This document shows, in pieces, positions 10,435 through 19,905 of a stretch of 64,000 bases of DNA. The DNA lies in the IMG/VR virus record IMGVR_UViG_3300031414_000005; one strand, 5' to 3'. Source of the stretch: a virus. Lineage: Duplodnaviria; Caudoviricetes. Position numbers and translations under genes: made by a program. The notes beneath the pieces are model-generated. The model worked only from the letters and a program-made list of their open reading frames with translations. It ran no database searches and had not been told where the DNA came from. How positions within the stretch are numbered: position 1 is the first letter of the stretch; every line of letters starts with the position of its first letter.

Positions 10435-12942
10435 ATGCAATTACTAAGCATTGAATTAAAAGGGTATCTCCCGCTGAAATCCAAAGGGGTAGATTTCGTT
10501 AAGCTGGAGTTCACTGAGTTGGTGCAAATCTTCTTAGGGCGCAACGGTGATGGAAAATCCTCGTTACTGCGTGAATGCAGCATGTTACCCCCGGAAAACG
10601 GGTCATACGCGAAAGCTGGCTATAAAATAGCACGCGCCCGTCATAACGATGCGCTGTATGAAACCGCTTGCTATCCCGGTTCACCGATGCGGTGTAGCTT
10701 TGTTAAAGACGGGGTTGAACTCAACGAGGGTCGCACCCAGGCTGCCCAGAAAGAACTGGTGAAAGACCATTTCGGCATGACCAGTGAAATCCATGACTTT
10801 TTATTGGGTGTGGTGAACGGCACGTCCTTTACCAGCATGGCGCCGGGGAAACGCAAAGAGTGGATCATGCGCTGGTACCCTAACGACATGACCTACGTCA
10901 CCGACTTCTATGACCGGGCCCGTAAAGAGTTGCGTGACACCAGTGGTGCGGTCAAGAACATCAACAAACGTCTGGCCGATGAACTCGGGAAGCGCAAGCA
11001 GTTGGGTGACCTCAACGAAGACCAGTTACGGGAGTCCCTGAGTAAGATCGAGGGGCAACGCAATGACGTGATCATGTTACTCGGTCAAACCAAAGGGATT
11101 GATAATCCCCACAGTGATTTGCAACAAGCCCAAGCCCAATTAGCGGCAGTGGTCAAACGTATGTTGGGGAACCCGGTGTTTGATTGGCCGGTGGTACGCC
11201 CGATTACCGTGATTGACAAAGATATCCAGGCCTGTGATGAAGCCATCAACGGGTTCGAACACCTGCGTCGCAGTTACAGCACCGAACTGGAAACGCTGGG
11301 CCAGAAACTGGCGGAGCAGAACCTCAGTGATGAATCGATTGATGACTTGCGAGCATTACACAAGTCACTGGTGGAGAAACACACCGCGTGTTCTTTGCGG
11401 ATGGCGGAACTGGACAAAGCCTTAACCAGCAGCCCGATTCCCAAACTGGCTGAAATCCTGATGCAGCAGTCGGACAGTGCACATCGCACCTTTATGTCGG
11501 TCGCCGACGAGCTAATCAAAGCATTGCGGGATATGCCGGAAGTCGAGTCGGGCAGTGTGACGTTGCGGGGGTATTACGACCAACTGCAACACGCCACCAA
11601 GTTAGATGATCAGTACGCCGATGCAGAACGTCAACTGAAAAGACTGACTCACCGGTATGAACACCTGAAAGCTGCGGACAAGAACGAGTGCCCGAAATGC
11701 ATGTTCCGTTGGATACCCGGCGTGAGCGGTAACGACATCAAAGCCCTGGAGCGTCAGATCGCTGAAGCGCAAACGGTGCTGGATAACGTCGATACCGAAC
11801 GCAAAACCACCGCCGAGTTCCTGTCCCTTTACGAGAACTGGTATTACCCGGCCATGGCGTTTGTGCGCATCACCAAACACTACAGTGAGTTAGCCCCGGT
11901 GTTCGAATACCTGATGGGGGATTACGAACTGCGGTATAAAGGCGGGCGTGAGTTGTGCATTGTGATTCCGTCGTTGGTCAGTTACCTGTACGAGCATCAG
12001 CAACACGGTGCCTTTGGCAATGACATCAAAGCCCTGGAACAAAAGATTCAGTTAATTGAGAAAGGTGGGATGCGGTATGAGTTAGACCGGTATGACCAAC
12101 TGGACAAATTGATTGGGGGATTGATTCAGGACAAGCGCACCCAGATCAGTCTGCGCGACACCCTGGTGAGCGAACGGGATGCCATTGAAGAGTTTCTGGC
12201 GGAATCCGCTAAACTGACGGTGCTGCAAGAGCGTATCAATAACCAGTTCACCCAACTGTGTCATTGGAACCTCGGGCAGTTTGCGACTACCCAGCTGATG
12301 AACCTCAATGAAGAGAAACGGGTCACCAACAACTTGCTGATGGAATCCAGCGGGGTGGAACATGTGCTGCGCAACCTCAAGAGCAACCTGGCCTCCTTAA
12401 ACGAACGTCAGGACGGTTTGTCTGCACTGACCCGCTCACTCAGTCCCACTGATGGGTTTGTGGCAGAGATGCTGGGTGGCTTTGTTGAGCAGGTGGTCAA
12501 CAACGTCAATGCCATCATCCAGGGGGTGTGGTCGACCCCATTGATCGTGAAACCGTGTGCCAAAGATGACGGGGGATTGAACTTTGTGTTCCCCGCGATC
12601 GCCAACAGCACCGGGGGTGTGGTCAAGGACATTGGGATGTGTTCGGCCGGTGAGCAGGAAATCATTAACCAGGCATTTCGGTTGGTGGGGATGAAATACA
12701 TGGGGATGAGCAAGTTCCCAACGTACATGGATGAAGTCGGGGCTAACTTCGATGAGGTCCACCGCCCACGCTTCATTAACTTTGTGCGTCGGTTAGTGGA
12801 AAAAGGGGAGCACGGTCAGTTCTTCATGATCTCCCACTACATCACCCAACACGGGGCGTTCCCCCACGCTGAAATCTGTGCCTTGTCCACCGAAGGGTTG
12901 AGCATTCCAGAAGGGTACAACAAGCACGTGACCATCAAGTAG
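10435..12942 (+). CDS. sbcC: SbcC/Rad50-like SMC ATPase
   Basis: Walker A GRNGDGKSS, long coiled coil with CPKC zinc hook, signature CSAGEQ, Walker B YMDEVG, H-loop ISH. Confidence 0.9.
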   Translation: MQLLSIELKGYLPLKSKGVDFVKLEFTELVQIFLGRNGDGKSSLLRECSMLPPENGSYAKAGYKIARARHNDALYETACYPGSPMRCSFVKDGVELNEGRTQAAQKELVKDHFGMTSEIHDFLLGVVNGTSFTSMAPGKRKEWIMRWYPNDMTYVTDFYDRARKELRDTSGAVKNINKRLADELGKRKQLGDLNEDQLRESLSKIEGQRNDVIMLLGQTKGIDNPHSDLQQAQAQLAAVVKRMLGNPVFDWPVVRPITVIDKDIQACDEAINGFEHLRRSYSTELETLGQKLAEQNLSDESIDDLRALHKSLVEKHTACSLRMAELDKALTSSPIPKLAEILMQQSDSAHRTFMSVADELIKALRDMPEVESGSVTLRGYYDQLQHATKLDDQYADAERQLKRLTHRYEHLKAADKNECPKCMFRWIPGVSGNDIKALERQIAEAQTVLDNVDTERKTTAEFLSLYENWYYPAMAFVRITKHYSELAPVFEYLMGDYELRYKGGRELCIVIPSLVSYLYEHQQHGAFGNDIKALEQKIQLIEKGGMRYELDRYDQLDKLIGGLIQDKRTQISLRDTLVSERDAIEEFLAESAKLTVLQERINNQFTQLCHWNLGQFATTQLMNLNEEKRVTNNLLMESSGVEHVLRNLKSNLASLNERQDGLSALTRSLSPTDGFVAEMLGGFVEQVVNNVNAIIQGVWSTPLIVKPCAKDDGGLNFVFPAIANSTGGVVKDIGMCSAGEQEIINQAFRLVGMKYMGMSKFPTYMDEVGANFDEVHRPRFINFVRRLVEKGEHGQFFMISHYITQHGAFPHAEICALSTEGLSIPEGYNKHVTIK

Positions 12943-12955
12943 TCAAATTAAGACA

Positions 12956-12977
12956 GACCTACATTATCGATGTGCAG
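12956..12977 (+). promoter_or_regulatory. putative early (virion-RNAP) promoter
   Basis: GACC-TACATTAT-CGATGTGCAG; matches a consensus seen at four intergenic sites and resembles the phiKZ early TATATTAC motif. Confidence 0.6.
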
Positions 12978-13022
12978 GTAGTTAGGTCTGTTTTCTTTTC
13001 TCTTCTTCTATTAGGGTGTGAA

Positions 13023-13718
13023 ATGAACCTTGAATTTTTAACCGGGACGTTAGAGGGTGTGCAAAAGCTGGCGACACAACAAGTGGTGAACCTGTCAGTG
13101 GACTCTATCCGTTCTTTCACGCACGCCTTTCCAGTGATTGCTAAAACCTTTGATTATGTCTGTGTGCCTCGGACTTCCCATGAAGAGGTGTACATGCCGG
13201 ACCTCAGTGAGTTCCTGTCATCTTATCCTACTCTGACCATCCCACGGGCTTTTTCGCAACTGGAGGGTTACCCCAGCATGTCAAGTGAATACGCTAACAA
13301 CCTGGCGATCATTGTCTATGCAGAAAGCGAGGGGTCGGAGCGGGTGTTTGACATGAAGCTGCTGCGCACGTATATGCAGAAGTACAATATACTGCAAGCG
13401 AAACTGCGGGCCTCTGCATACACCAATAACCTGTTGGCTGCGGCAACCTGGCAGGCCTGTTTTACGGATGCGTTTAACGCAGCGGACTTTGACCTTTCGT
13501 TAAATCCGACACGTTTGCTCTATGTTGTGGAACAAACTTTGGTCCGTAATAAGTCCGGGATGCGGGACCTGACCGCCCACGCCGTCGTCGTGATGTGTGC
13601 CGGCAGTCTGAACCAGCGATTCTCCCAGCGGGAATATGACACGATGGTCGTGCTTGTCGCCGAGGCGCTCAGTTTGTCCCCCACGGCCTCGTTTGCCAAA
13701 CTCAACAGGATTGATTGA
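13023..13718 (+). CDS. hypothetical protein
   Basis: ORF; start set at MNLEFL downstream of the promoter motif. Confidence 0.65.
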   Translation: MNLEFLTGTLEGVQKLATQQVVNLSVDSIRSFTHAFPVIAKTFDYVCVPRTSHEEVYMPDLSEFLSSYPTLTIPRAFSQLEGYPSMSSEYANNLAIIVYAESEGSERVFDMKLLRTYMQKYNILQAKLRASAYTNNLLAAATWQACFTDAFNAADFDLSLNPTRLLYVVEQTLVRNKSGMRDLTAHAVVVMCAGSLNQRFSQREYDTMVVLVAEALSLSPTASFAKLNRID

Positions 13719-14092
13719 TGATGCCACGGACCCTCCGAGTTTTGCTGGATTGCTCGGAGATGGGCGGTTTGATTGATGATATCATCAGTGAGATCGCCAT
13801 TCTGAGTTTACCCTCCACCATGCTGTATCACCATGCTATAGACGCAATCCACCACGAAGACTGGCGCGATAACGTTACACTCGATGGCAATCTATCTATT
13901 TATACCCCCACAGGAGAACTTTTAATCAACGCCATTGAATATATCGCTAACTGCATCCACACGCGACTCAACCGGGTTATTCCGGTCGCTGCGGTAGATA
14001 ACATAAAACTACTCAGTGTATACAGTGACACCCTATATTTGCAATTGACGCTCCCTGGAGAGACTTATCATGCACACGCAATCCATTATTAA
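13715..14092 (+). CDS. hypothetical protein
   Basis: ORF coupled to both neighbours by overlapping stop/start. Confidence 0.6.
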   Translation: MMMPRTLRVLLDCSEMGGLIDDIISEIAILSLPSTMLYHHAIDAIHHEDWRDNVTLDGNLSIYTPTGELLINAIEYIANCIHTRLNRVIPVAAVDNIKLLSVYSDTLYLQLTLPGETYHAHAIHY

Positions 14093-14771
14093 CTTCCTTC
14101 TACTGCTTGTCTTATCGGTTACCATGGTCGCAGGGGTGCAAGCCGAACCCCTACACCAGAAAGGCTGGGATAAAAACAAAACGGTATTGGTCCGGGCTTC
14201 CCGTGACTCAGGTGTCCCCTTGGGACGACTTACCACTTTTGCCTCGGTTGAATCGGGGATTGGTGAGAACAACTTGAATCGCCACAGTAAAGCCTCTGGC
14301 ATGATGCAATTCACCCGCAGCACCTGGAAAACCCAGGTGAAACAACATGCCCGTAAATATGGATTGAGTCGGAATGTCTCACGCGGTAACGCCTATGCCA
14401 GTGCGGTGATTGGCGCGGAGTACATCAAGTTCAACGAACAATTTCTTGCAGACCGCCTGCATCGACCTATTAGTGACGCTGACATCTACATCGCTTATCT
14501 GCTCGGACCAGATAAAGCAGCGAAGGTGTTGAAAGCGAACCCGAGTCACCGGGTCACGCGATATGTCAATGTAAGCCGAGGGAACTATAGTCTCTTCTAC
14601 CATAAGAACCGCCCCATGACCATTGCCGAGTTCCGCCGCGGAATCGCAGCTAAACTAGCAAGACACGAGTCGTCTTACAAGAACGTGGTATTGGCCATGA
14701 AGCAGCGTCACGCTCCGCGTGACATGATGAAAGATGAAGCTGGGTTTGACCGCCTGGTTGCTAACCTATAA
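14070..14771 (+). CDS. soluble lytic transglycosylase (SLT) with N-terminal signal peptide
   Basis: Catalytic Glu in FASVESG, ASGMMQF motif, Y.AYLLGP..A; hydrophobic N-terminus ending VQA. Confidence 0.85.
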   Translation: MHTQSIINFLLLLVLSVTMVAGVQAEPLHQKGWDKNKTVLVRASRDSGVPLGRLTTFASVESGIGENNLNRHSKASGMMQFTRSTWKTQVKQHARKYGLSRNVSRGNAYASAVIGAEYIKFNEQFLADRLHRPISDADIYIAYLLGPDKAAKVLKANPSHRVTRYVNVSRGNYSLFYHKNRPMTIAEFRRGIAAKLARHESSYKNVVLAMKQRHAPRDMMKDEAGFDRLVANL

Positions 14772-14781
14772 CTACCTGAAC

Positions 14782-14809
14782 GGGGGTTGCATCAGCAGCC
14801 CTCCTTTTT
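14782..14809 (+). terminator. intrinsic terminator
   Basis: GGGGGTTGC-ATCA-GCAGCCCTC then CTTTTT. Confidence 0.7.
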
Positions 14810-14827
14810 AATGCGTTAAGGATAATT

Positions 14828-16531
14828 ATGAACTTGACACCTCATGAAATCGTCGCGGATTTAGACCAGTATGTGATTGGTCAGCAGGCTGCGAAACGGG
14901 CTATTGCGATTTCGTATCGCGAACGGAGCTTGCGGTTATCACTCGGCGAAGACCGGCATTTAATCACCCCCAACAACATCTTGATGGTCGGTCCATCCGG
15001 GGTGGGGAAAACCGAGTTGGCTCGCCGTCTGGCGGAGATGACCAATGCGCCTTTTGTGAAAGTCGAGATCACCAACTACACCGCTGCCGGTTACGTGGGT
15101 AAGTCACTCGACACGATCTTTGACGAGCTGATCGAACACGCGCAGTACCTGATTGAGAAGGGAGCGAAGGTCACCACACCGGTAGAAATACCCAAGCTTG
15201 TGATCAAACCCAAAAGTGATTTCTATACCTACTTGGCCCGGGTCGGTAAACTGTTAAGTGCACGTGAGTTATTGGATGGGGTTCTGCCGGGGGATAAAGA
15301 TTACGTCGACCGGGTAGAAGCGGTGTTACGCACCCTGGGTACCGACGTCACCAGCAAAAACGGCTTTCCAGGTGGACCCCTGAACTACCATGAGGTTTAT
15401 TTCGTGGCAGACACCGGCGTCTATGTGCGTCCAGCGATCAAAGAACAGCTTCGCAAGACGAAACGTCCAGGTGGCAATATCTTTGAGGTCGATATGGAAA
15501 ACATCCTGGATCAGGTACTTGGTGAAAATCGTGCTGGGCGTAAGTCACCGGGGAAACAAGACTTCCTTATTACCGACCGGGTTGATCTTCTGCATTACAC
15601 GGAATGGTTATTGGACTGTGCGATCGCCAATAATAATCAAACCCTGCCTGAACCCGTGATGCAAGCCTTACCCAAGCGGATGCGGGAGTTGTACAACAAC
15701 TGGCTGGAACGCAACCCCCGTAAACGCAAACGCACGTACTTCCAGGAACACAGCAACTTCAATTTTGCCAAGTATAACGCCATCAGTAAAGAACACTTGT
15801 TGGATCTGCTGGCCGTGTTAATGCCGTTGGTTACCACTGACGTCGTACGCGATTATAATGAGTATGTCAGCGCACTGAAAACCTCTCCAAAGAAAACATC
15901 AGGTGAGGACAAGGAAGACGACTTAGCCATCAAGTTGGTGGAAGAACGGGGTGTGGTCTTCATCGATGAGATCGACAAGATCTTCTTTGCGGACAACGGC
16001 GGTAACATGAACATCGGGACCACCGGGATACAGCGTGAACTCATGCCGTTCCTCGATGGTTGCGTGATCAAAACTAAGTACGGTGAATTGGATACCAGCA
16101 ACATCCTGTTTATTGCCTCGGGTGCGTTCATGATGACCTCCACCAAGGACATCCCGGCGGAGATCATGGGGCGGTTACCGATTCATATCCAATTGACACC
16201 GTTGAACAAGGATGACCTCAAAGCGGTGTTGGATAAACCCAAACGTTCACTGCTAAAACGTTATGAAATCATTTTTACAGCAGAGGGTGTGAAGAACTTC
16301 CAGATGACGGAAGAAGCCAAAGCCGCCATTGCTGCGGTCGCCCACTTCATGAACCAAACCCAGGAAGACACCGGGGCACGCCGGTTAAAAGAAGTGTTGT
16401 ATCTGGTGTTGGGGGACGTGTTGTATGACGCACACACCCTGAAGGGGAAAGAGTTAATCATCGACAACCGGTATGTCTTTGATCGGCTGAAGACCAGCAA
16501 CCTGGTGTTGCCTGAAAGTACAATTGAGTAA
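14828..16531 (+). CDS. hslU: HslU/ClpY-like AAA+ ATPase with a divergent I-domain
   Basis: MNLTPHEIV..LD.YVIGQ..AKR, GPSGVGKT, GYVG pore loop, FIDEIDKI, GRLPI, GARRL. Confidence 0.9.
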   Translation: MNLTPHEIVADLDQYVIGQQAAKRAIAISYRERSLRLSLGEDRHLITPNNILMVGPSGVGKTELARRLAEMTNAPFVKVEITNYTAAGYVGKSLDTIFDELIEHAQYLIEKGAKVTTPVEIPKLVIKPKSDFYTYLARVGKLLSARELLDGVLPGDKDYVDRVEAVLRTLGTDVTSKNGFPGGPLNYHEVYFVADTGVYVRPAIKEQLRKTKRPGGNIFEVDMENILDQVLGENRAGRKSPGKQDFLITDRVDLLHYTEWLLDCAIANNNQTLPEPVMQALPKRMRELYNNWLERNPRKRKRTYFQEHSNFNFAKYNAISKEHLLDLLAVLMPLVTTDVVRDYNEYVSALKTSPKKTSGEDKEDDLAIKLVEERGVVFIDEIDKIFFADNGGNMNIGTTGIQRELMPFLDGCVIKTKYGELDTSNILFIASGAFMMTSTKDIPAEIMGRLPIHIQLTPLNKDDLKAVLDKPKRSLLKRYEIIFTAEGVKNFQMTEEAKAAIAAVAHFMNQTQEDTGARRLKEVLYLVLGDVLYDAHTLKGKELIIDNRYVFDRLKTSNLVLPESTIE

Positions 16532-16540
16532 CATACAAAC

Positions 16541-16568
16541 GAGGGCCGCGGTAGCAGCCCTCCTTTTT
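16541..16568 (+). terminator. intrinsic terminator
   Basis: GAGGGC..GC-GGTA-GC..GCCCTC then CTTTTT. Confidence 0.7.
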
Positions 16569-16662
16569 AACGAACATAAAACAGGATGGACAATATATGG
16601 GACTACTTCTCAAACCAGGATAGCCTCTTATTAACACCCCATAGTTTACCAGGAGTATAGGC

Positions 16663-18570
16663 ATGGCAGATTTAAATGTAGCAGACCAATTGAAGCAGTT
16701 GCAAAAGATGGCGGACAGCAACGGCAAGATCTTCTGCATGGATGGCGATACCCCTGTCACGGTACCCCTTTCCGCGTTACTTGCCCAGATTGCCGTACTG
16801 GCCAAGCAGAACGGCGGCTTGTCTGCGGACGTGTTGGGACAGGTCGACTCACTCAACATGCTGGGTCAGGTGCAGTCGTTTGATGACCTGCGTAAGTTGA
16901 AACCCACGGTCGATGGTATGCGGGTATCATTGCGCGGCTGGAACGCTGGGATTCGTTCTGGCGGTGGTGAGTTCATTGGTCGACTCAATGCCAAAGCTGC
17001 GGATGATGGCGGTACGGTTGCCTCGTCGGGACAGAACTGGTATTGGACCCGTGTCATCGAAGACCCAAGCAAAATTGACGTGACTCACTTTGGTGCGATC
17101 TCGGATGGGAAAACCGATACACTCCCAGCTGTCACAGCGATGTTCAAATGGTCACAGGCGAACTACCCGCAGATTTCTGTTCGTTACCCAGCGGGTAATT
17201 TCTTCTTGTCACAGTTTAAGATTGATAAGCAAGTGAACTATTTCCGGGTGGCGGGTCAGCAAGCCAACTTCGGTTATTTCTCCACCACGAACTTGGTGTC
17301 CAACACCGACGAAAACTTTGTGTTTGATATTGTGGCACGTCGTACCGAACTGTCGGGGATCAACTTCAACGGCGGTAACAAAACCGTTGCCAACACCAAA
17401 GGGTTCTTTAACAACCGTGCGGTCGAAGGCCAGTACATCCGTATCCACTGTATGTTGTGGTCGTATGTCGGCGGGACATGTGTGCAAATGGTTGACTGTC
17501 TGGATACCCACATCGATCAGTGGTATGCCTCACAGTGTACCGGCGATGTTATTGCTGCGACTTGGTCTAACACACCAAAAGGTAACTGGGACCACGTTAC
17601 GGCCATTGAACTCAGTAACTTCAATGCGCAGTACTGTACGAAGGGTAAAGTGCTTAACCTTCCGCGTGCCACCCAGAGCTTCATCAAGAACGGCTGGATT
17701 GAACATTGTGACAACCCCGGTGACATCAGCAACGGTCAGTGGACCATCGGTGGGTTTAGTCTGGAAGATTGTAAAACGCCACTTAATGCGGCGTATTCTC
17801 GCCTTATTGAAACACAACGTAACTTGCAGTCAGGTTCTTCAATCAGTTACGCAGATGACCCCAACATCAAACGTTGGCTGTCCCTGTGGGAACGTGGGCG
17901 TGTCGATATCCAGAACCACGGCGTTTATGTCGATGGCACCCTGGACGTAATGGCATATGCCTCCCGTTGTAAGTTCAATAACAACTCGGCGGCCCCTCAG
18001 TGGTTCTGCCTGGGCACTTTCTTTTCTCCCGACACTGGCGATTCCATCGATATCAACATGGTCGGTTGCGGTAACAACCTCACGGTTGGTGACAAGCTTG
18101 ATAAATTGGATGACGTGCGTCAGGGCGGAGGGAACACCTTGATCCGTGTGCACCTGACCAAATCAGGTGCCAACCTCAGTCACACCCCATGCGGTTCATC
18201 ACCCCTGCTGGCGGTGAAGTATGTCCGGAACGGCAACAACTCCGTGAAGGTCTACATTCAGTTGAAGCCGTACACGTACAACATTATCCCGCTGGTCACC
18301 ATGAACGGCAAGACGCACTTTGAAGCGGGCGTTTCTTTATATTGGTTGCCAGACCTGTCGGCGATTGCTGATGTGGACATGGCGAAGCTTACTGACGTGG
18401 CCGATTCTAAAGAGAACTGGTCAATGGGTCAGAAAGCCGGGGTTGGTGCAAGTGACGATGGTTACCTGTTGCTGAAATCCAAACTGGCGGATGGTAACCT
18501 GCAAGTCAGAATCGAAGGTAATCTTTACAACATTGCGGTAACAAAAGTTCCTACTGTCGTTAAATCTTAA
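16663..18570 (+). CDS. AmsF-like / tailspike-type beta-helix protein, putative EPS-binding or depolymerase
   Basis: Tailspike N-terminal GGGEF...DDGG motif, VTHFGA..DG.TD pectate-lyase-like start, DH.TAIELSNFNAQ motif recalled from AmsF homologs. Confidence 0.6.
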   Translation: MADLNVADQLKQLQKMADSNGKIFCMDGDTPVTVPLSALLAQIAVLAKQNGGLSADVLGQVDSLNMLGQVQSFDDLRKLKPTVDGMRVSLRGWNAGIRSGGGEFIGRLNAKAADDGGTVASSGQNWYWTRVIEDPSKIDVTHFGAISDGKTDTLPAVTAMFKWSQANYPQISVRYPAGNFFLSQFKIDKQVNYFRVAGQQANFGYFSTTNLVSNTDENFVFDIVARRTELSGINFNGGNKTVANTKGFFNNRAVEGQYIRIHCMLWSYVGGTCVQMVDCLDTHIDQWYASQCTGDVIAATWSNTPKGNWDHVTAIELSNFNAQYCTKGKVLNLPRATQSFIKNGWIEHCDNPGDISNGQWTIGGFSLEDCKTPLNAAYSRLIETQRNLQSGSSISYADDPNIKRWLSLWERGRVDIQNHGVYVDGTLDVMAYASRCKFNNNSAAPQWFCLGTFFSPDTGDSIDINMVGCGNNLTVGDKLDKLDDVRQGGGNTLIRVHLTKSGANLSHTPCGSSPLLAVKYVRNGNNSVKVYIQLKPYTYNIIPLVTMNGKTHFEAGVSLYWLPDLSAIADVDMAKLTDVADSKENWSMGQKAGVGASDDGYLLLKSKLADGNLQVRIEGNLYNIAVTKVPTVVKS

Positions 18571-18588
18571 TTCCTTTTACAGATCACC

Positions 18589-18613
18589 AGGGGGCCTTCG
18601 GGTCCCCTTTTTT
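18589..18613 (+). terminator. intrinsic terminator
   Basis: AGGGGGCC-TTCG-GGTCCCCT then T-run; C(UUCG)G loop. Confidence 0.85.
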
Positions 18614-18645
18614 ACTGCGTTTATGAAATAAACAGGAGTACACCC

Positions 18646-19008
18646 ATGGCAGAATTACTGTGTGTAAGCACGGACGTCGCAGACAGCCTGCGTCAGGTAC
18701 AGACAAAACTGAAAGCACTGATGTCAGAGGAAGCCGTGTTGATCTCCATTGAGACACTGGCCGGGGCGGAGGGTGCCCAGATCACTCCGTTCTTCTTGAC
18801 ACGGTTGGCGGAACTTATAAAGAACGAAAAAGTGCATCTGGTGTTGGTGCGGGGTAGTGCGGATATGGTGGAACTGCTGGATGCGGCAGGCTACCCGATT
18901 ACCATGTTGACCATCGAACCAGATTCCGGGGAGTACCTGGTTTCGTTTGACCCACAGATGTACGTACCCGCAGTGACCCCACCGGTTGCGCTCGGTACCC
19001 TCCATTAA
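18646..19008 (+). CDS. hypothetical protein, possibly STAS-like
   Basis: AGGAG RBS; LVLVRGSADMVELLDAAG resembles the STAS C-terminal half. Confidence 0.55.
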   Translation: MAELLCVSTDVADSLRQVQTKLKALMSEEAVLISIETLAGAEGAQITPFFLTRLAELIKNEKVHLVLVRGSADMVELLDAAGYPITMLTIEPDSGEYLVSFDPQMYVPAVTPPVALGTLH

Positions 19009-19031
19009 TCTGCAATAAAAAGGACCGGATT

Positions 19032-19346
19032 ATGCCGACTCACACTCCAGCAAGTGTTGCTAAGATCTTGCACGAAGAGTACATGAAACCCTATAACCTG
19101 ACCGGTGCGAAACTGGCCGCGCTGTTACGGGTTGATGTGGCGGACATCGAAGAGGTGTTAAAAGATGAAGTCCTGATTGACGGTGACCTGGCATTGCGCT
19201 TGTCACGGGTGTTTACCACCTCCCCGCAATTCTGGTTGAACCTGCAAGCTGAACGGCAGTTGTTTGAGGCCAGTATTGATCTCAACACCCGTTTGTCCCT
19301 CCAACTGATTACCCCGATTGAAAAAGAGGTTGATTCTCATGACTGA
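19032..19346 (+). CDS. higA: HigA-family antitoxin-like XRE-HTH protein, orphan
   Basis: ILHEEYMKPYNL..AKLA..L.V......LALRLSRVFTTSPQFWLNLQ follows the HigA pattern. Confidence 0.8.
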   Translation: MPTHTPASVAKILHEEYMKPYNLTGAKLAALLRVDVADIEEVLKDEVLIDGDLALRLSRVFTTSPQFWLNLQAERQLFEASIDLNTRLSLQLITPIEKEVDSHD

Positions 19347-19905
19347 ACGTAACTACCGCAACTATTCCGAAGAACACTATGCGGCTGCGGCGGCATTTGC
19401 AGGCACCGACGGTAAATGCTCAATGAGTGCTGCGTTATACCACACCCAGTCCACACTGCCTGACTCGACTTATATCCCGGACGAGGTTGAACTGCTTTAC
19501 CCGTCGCGTATTCAACCGCTGAATCACGCAAAACCTCGCCCTGCACATTTCCATGGCTGCTATTATTCACCCCGCAAAGCCAGGTCGCAACGACGTAATC
19601 CCACGCTTATTCGTAAAAGCGATATTGTTCCACCTGCATTACTCTGGGACCTATCAGGTGGGCAATACCCACGCGGCAAAGCCTTTCGCAAACTGATTGA
19701 ACGTGAGACGAAAGCTTACACCGCCCGCAAACTGGAAGTAAAAGATGACGAACGTCCGATGGGCTGGAGCAAAATCACTGATGTTCCATGGCATGCCAAC
19801 ATGCCACACATCACCAAGACAGTAGCATTACCAGTAACCAGACCAGCCGAAGACACACAGGGTGCCACTTCTCTGTATAAAGGTAAAACCGATGGACACA
19901 ACTAA
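19339..19905 (+). CDS. hypothetical protein
   Basis: ORF with GAGG RBS; overlaps the higA stop. Confidence 0.6.
   Translation: MTERNYRNYSEEHYAAAAAFAGTDGKCSMSAALYHTQSTLPDSTYIPDEVELLYPSRIQPLNHAKPRPAHFHGCYYSPRKARSQRRNPTLIRKSDIVPPALLWDLSGGQYPRGKAFRKLIERETKAYTARKLEVKDDERPMGWSKITDVPWHANMPHITKTVALPVTRPAEDTQGATSLYKGKTDGHN

Noticed and set aside
17318-17950. 210-aa alternative-frame ORF inside the AmsF-like gene
   Set aside because: Ser/Thr/Arg-rich off-frame composition, no RBS, no recognisable motif
18646-19346. Complete HigBA toxin-antitoxin operon
   Set aside because: The upstream 120-aa protein shows no RelE/HigB features and is acidic and hydrophobic; the downstream gene is not toxin-like either
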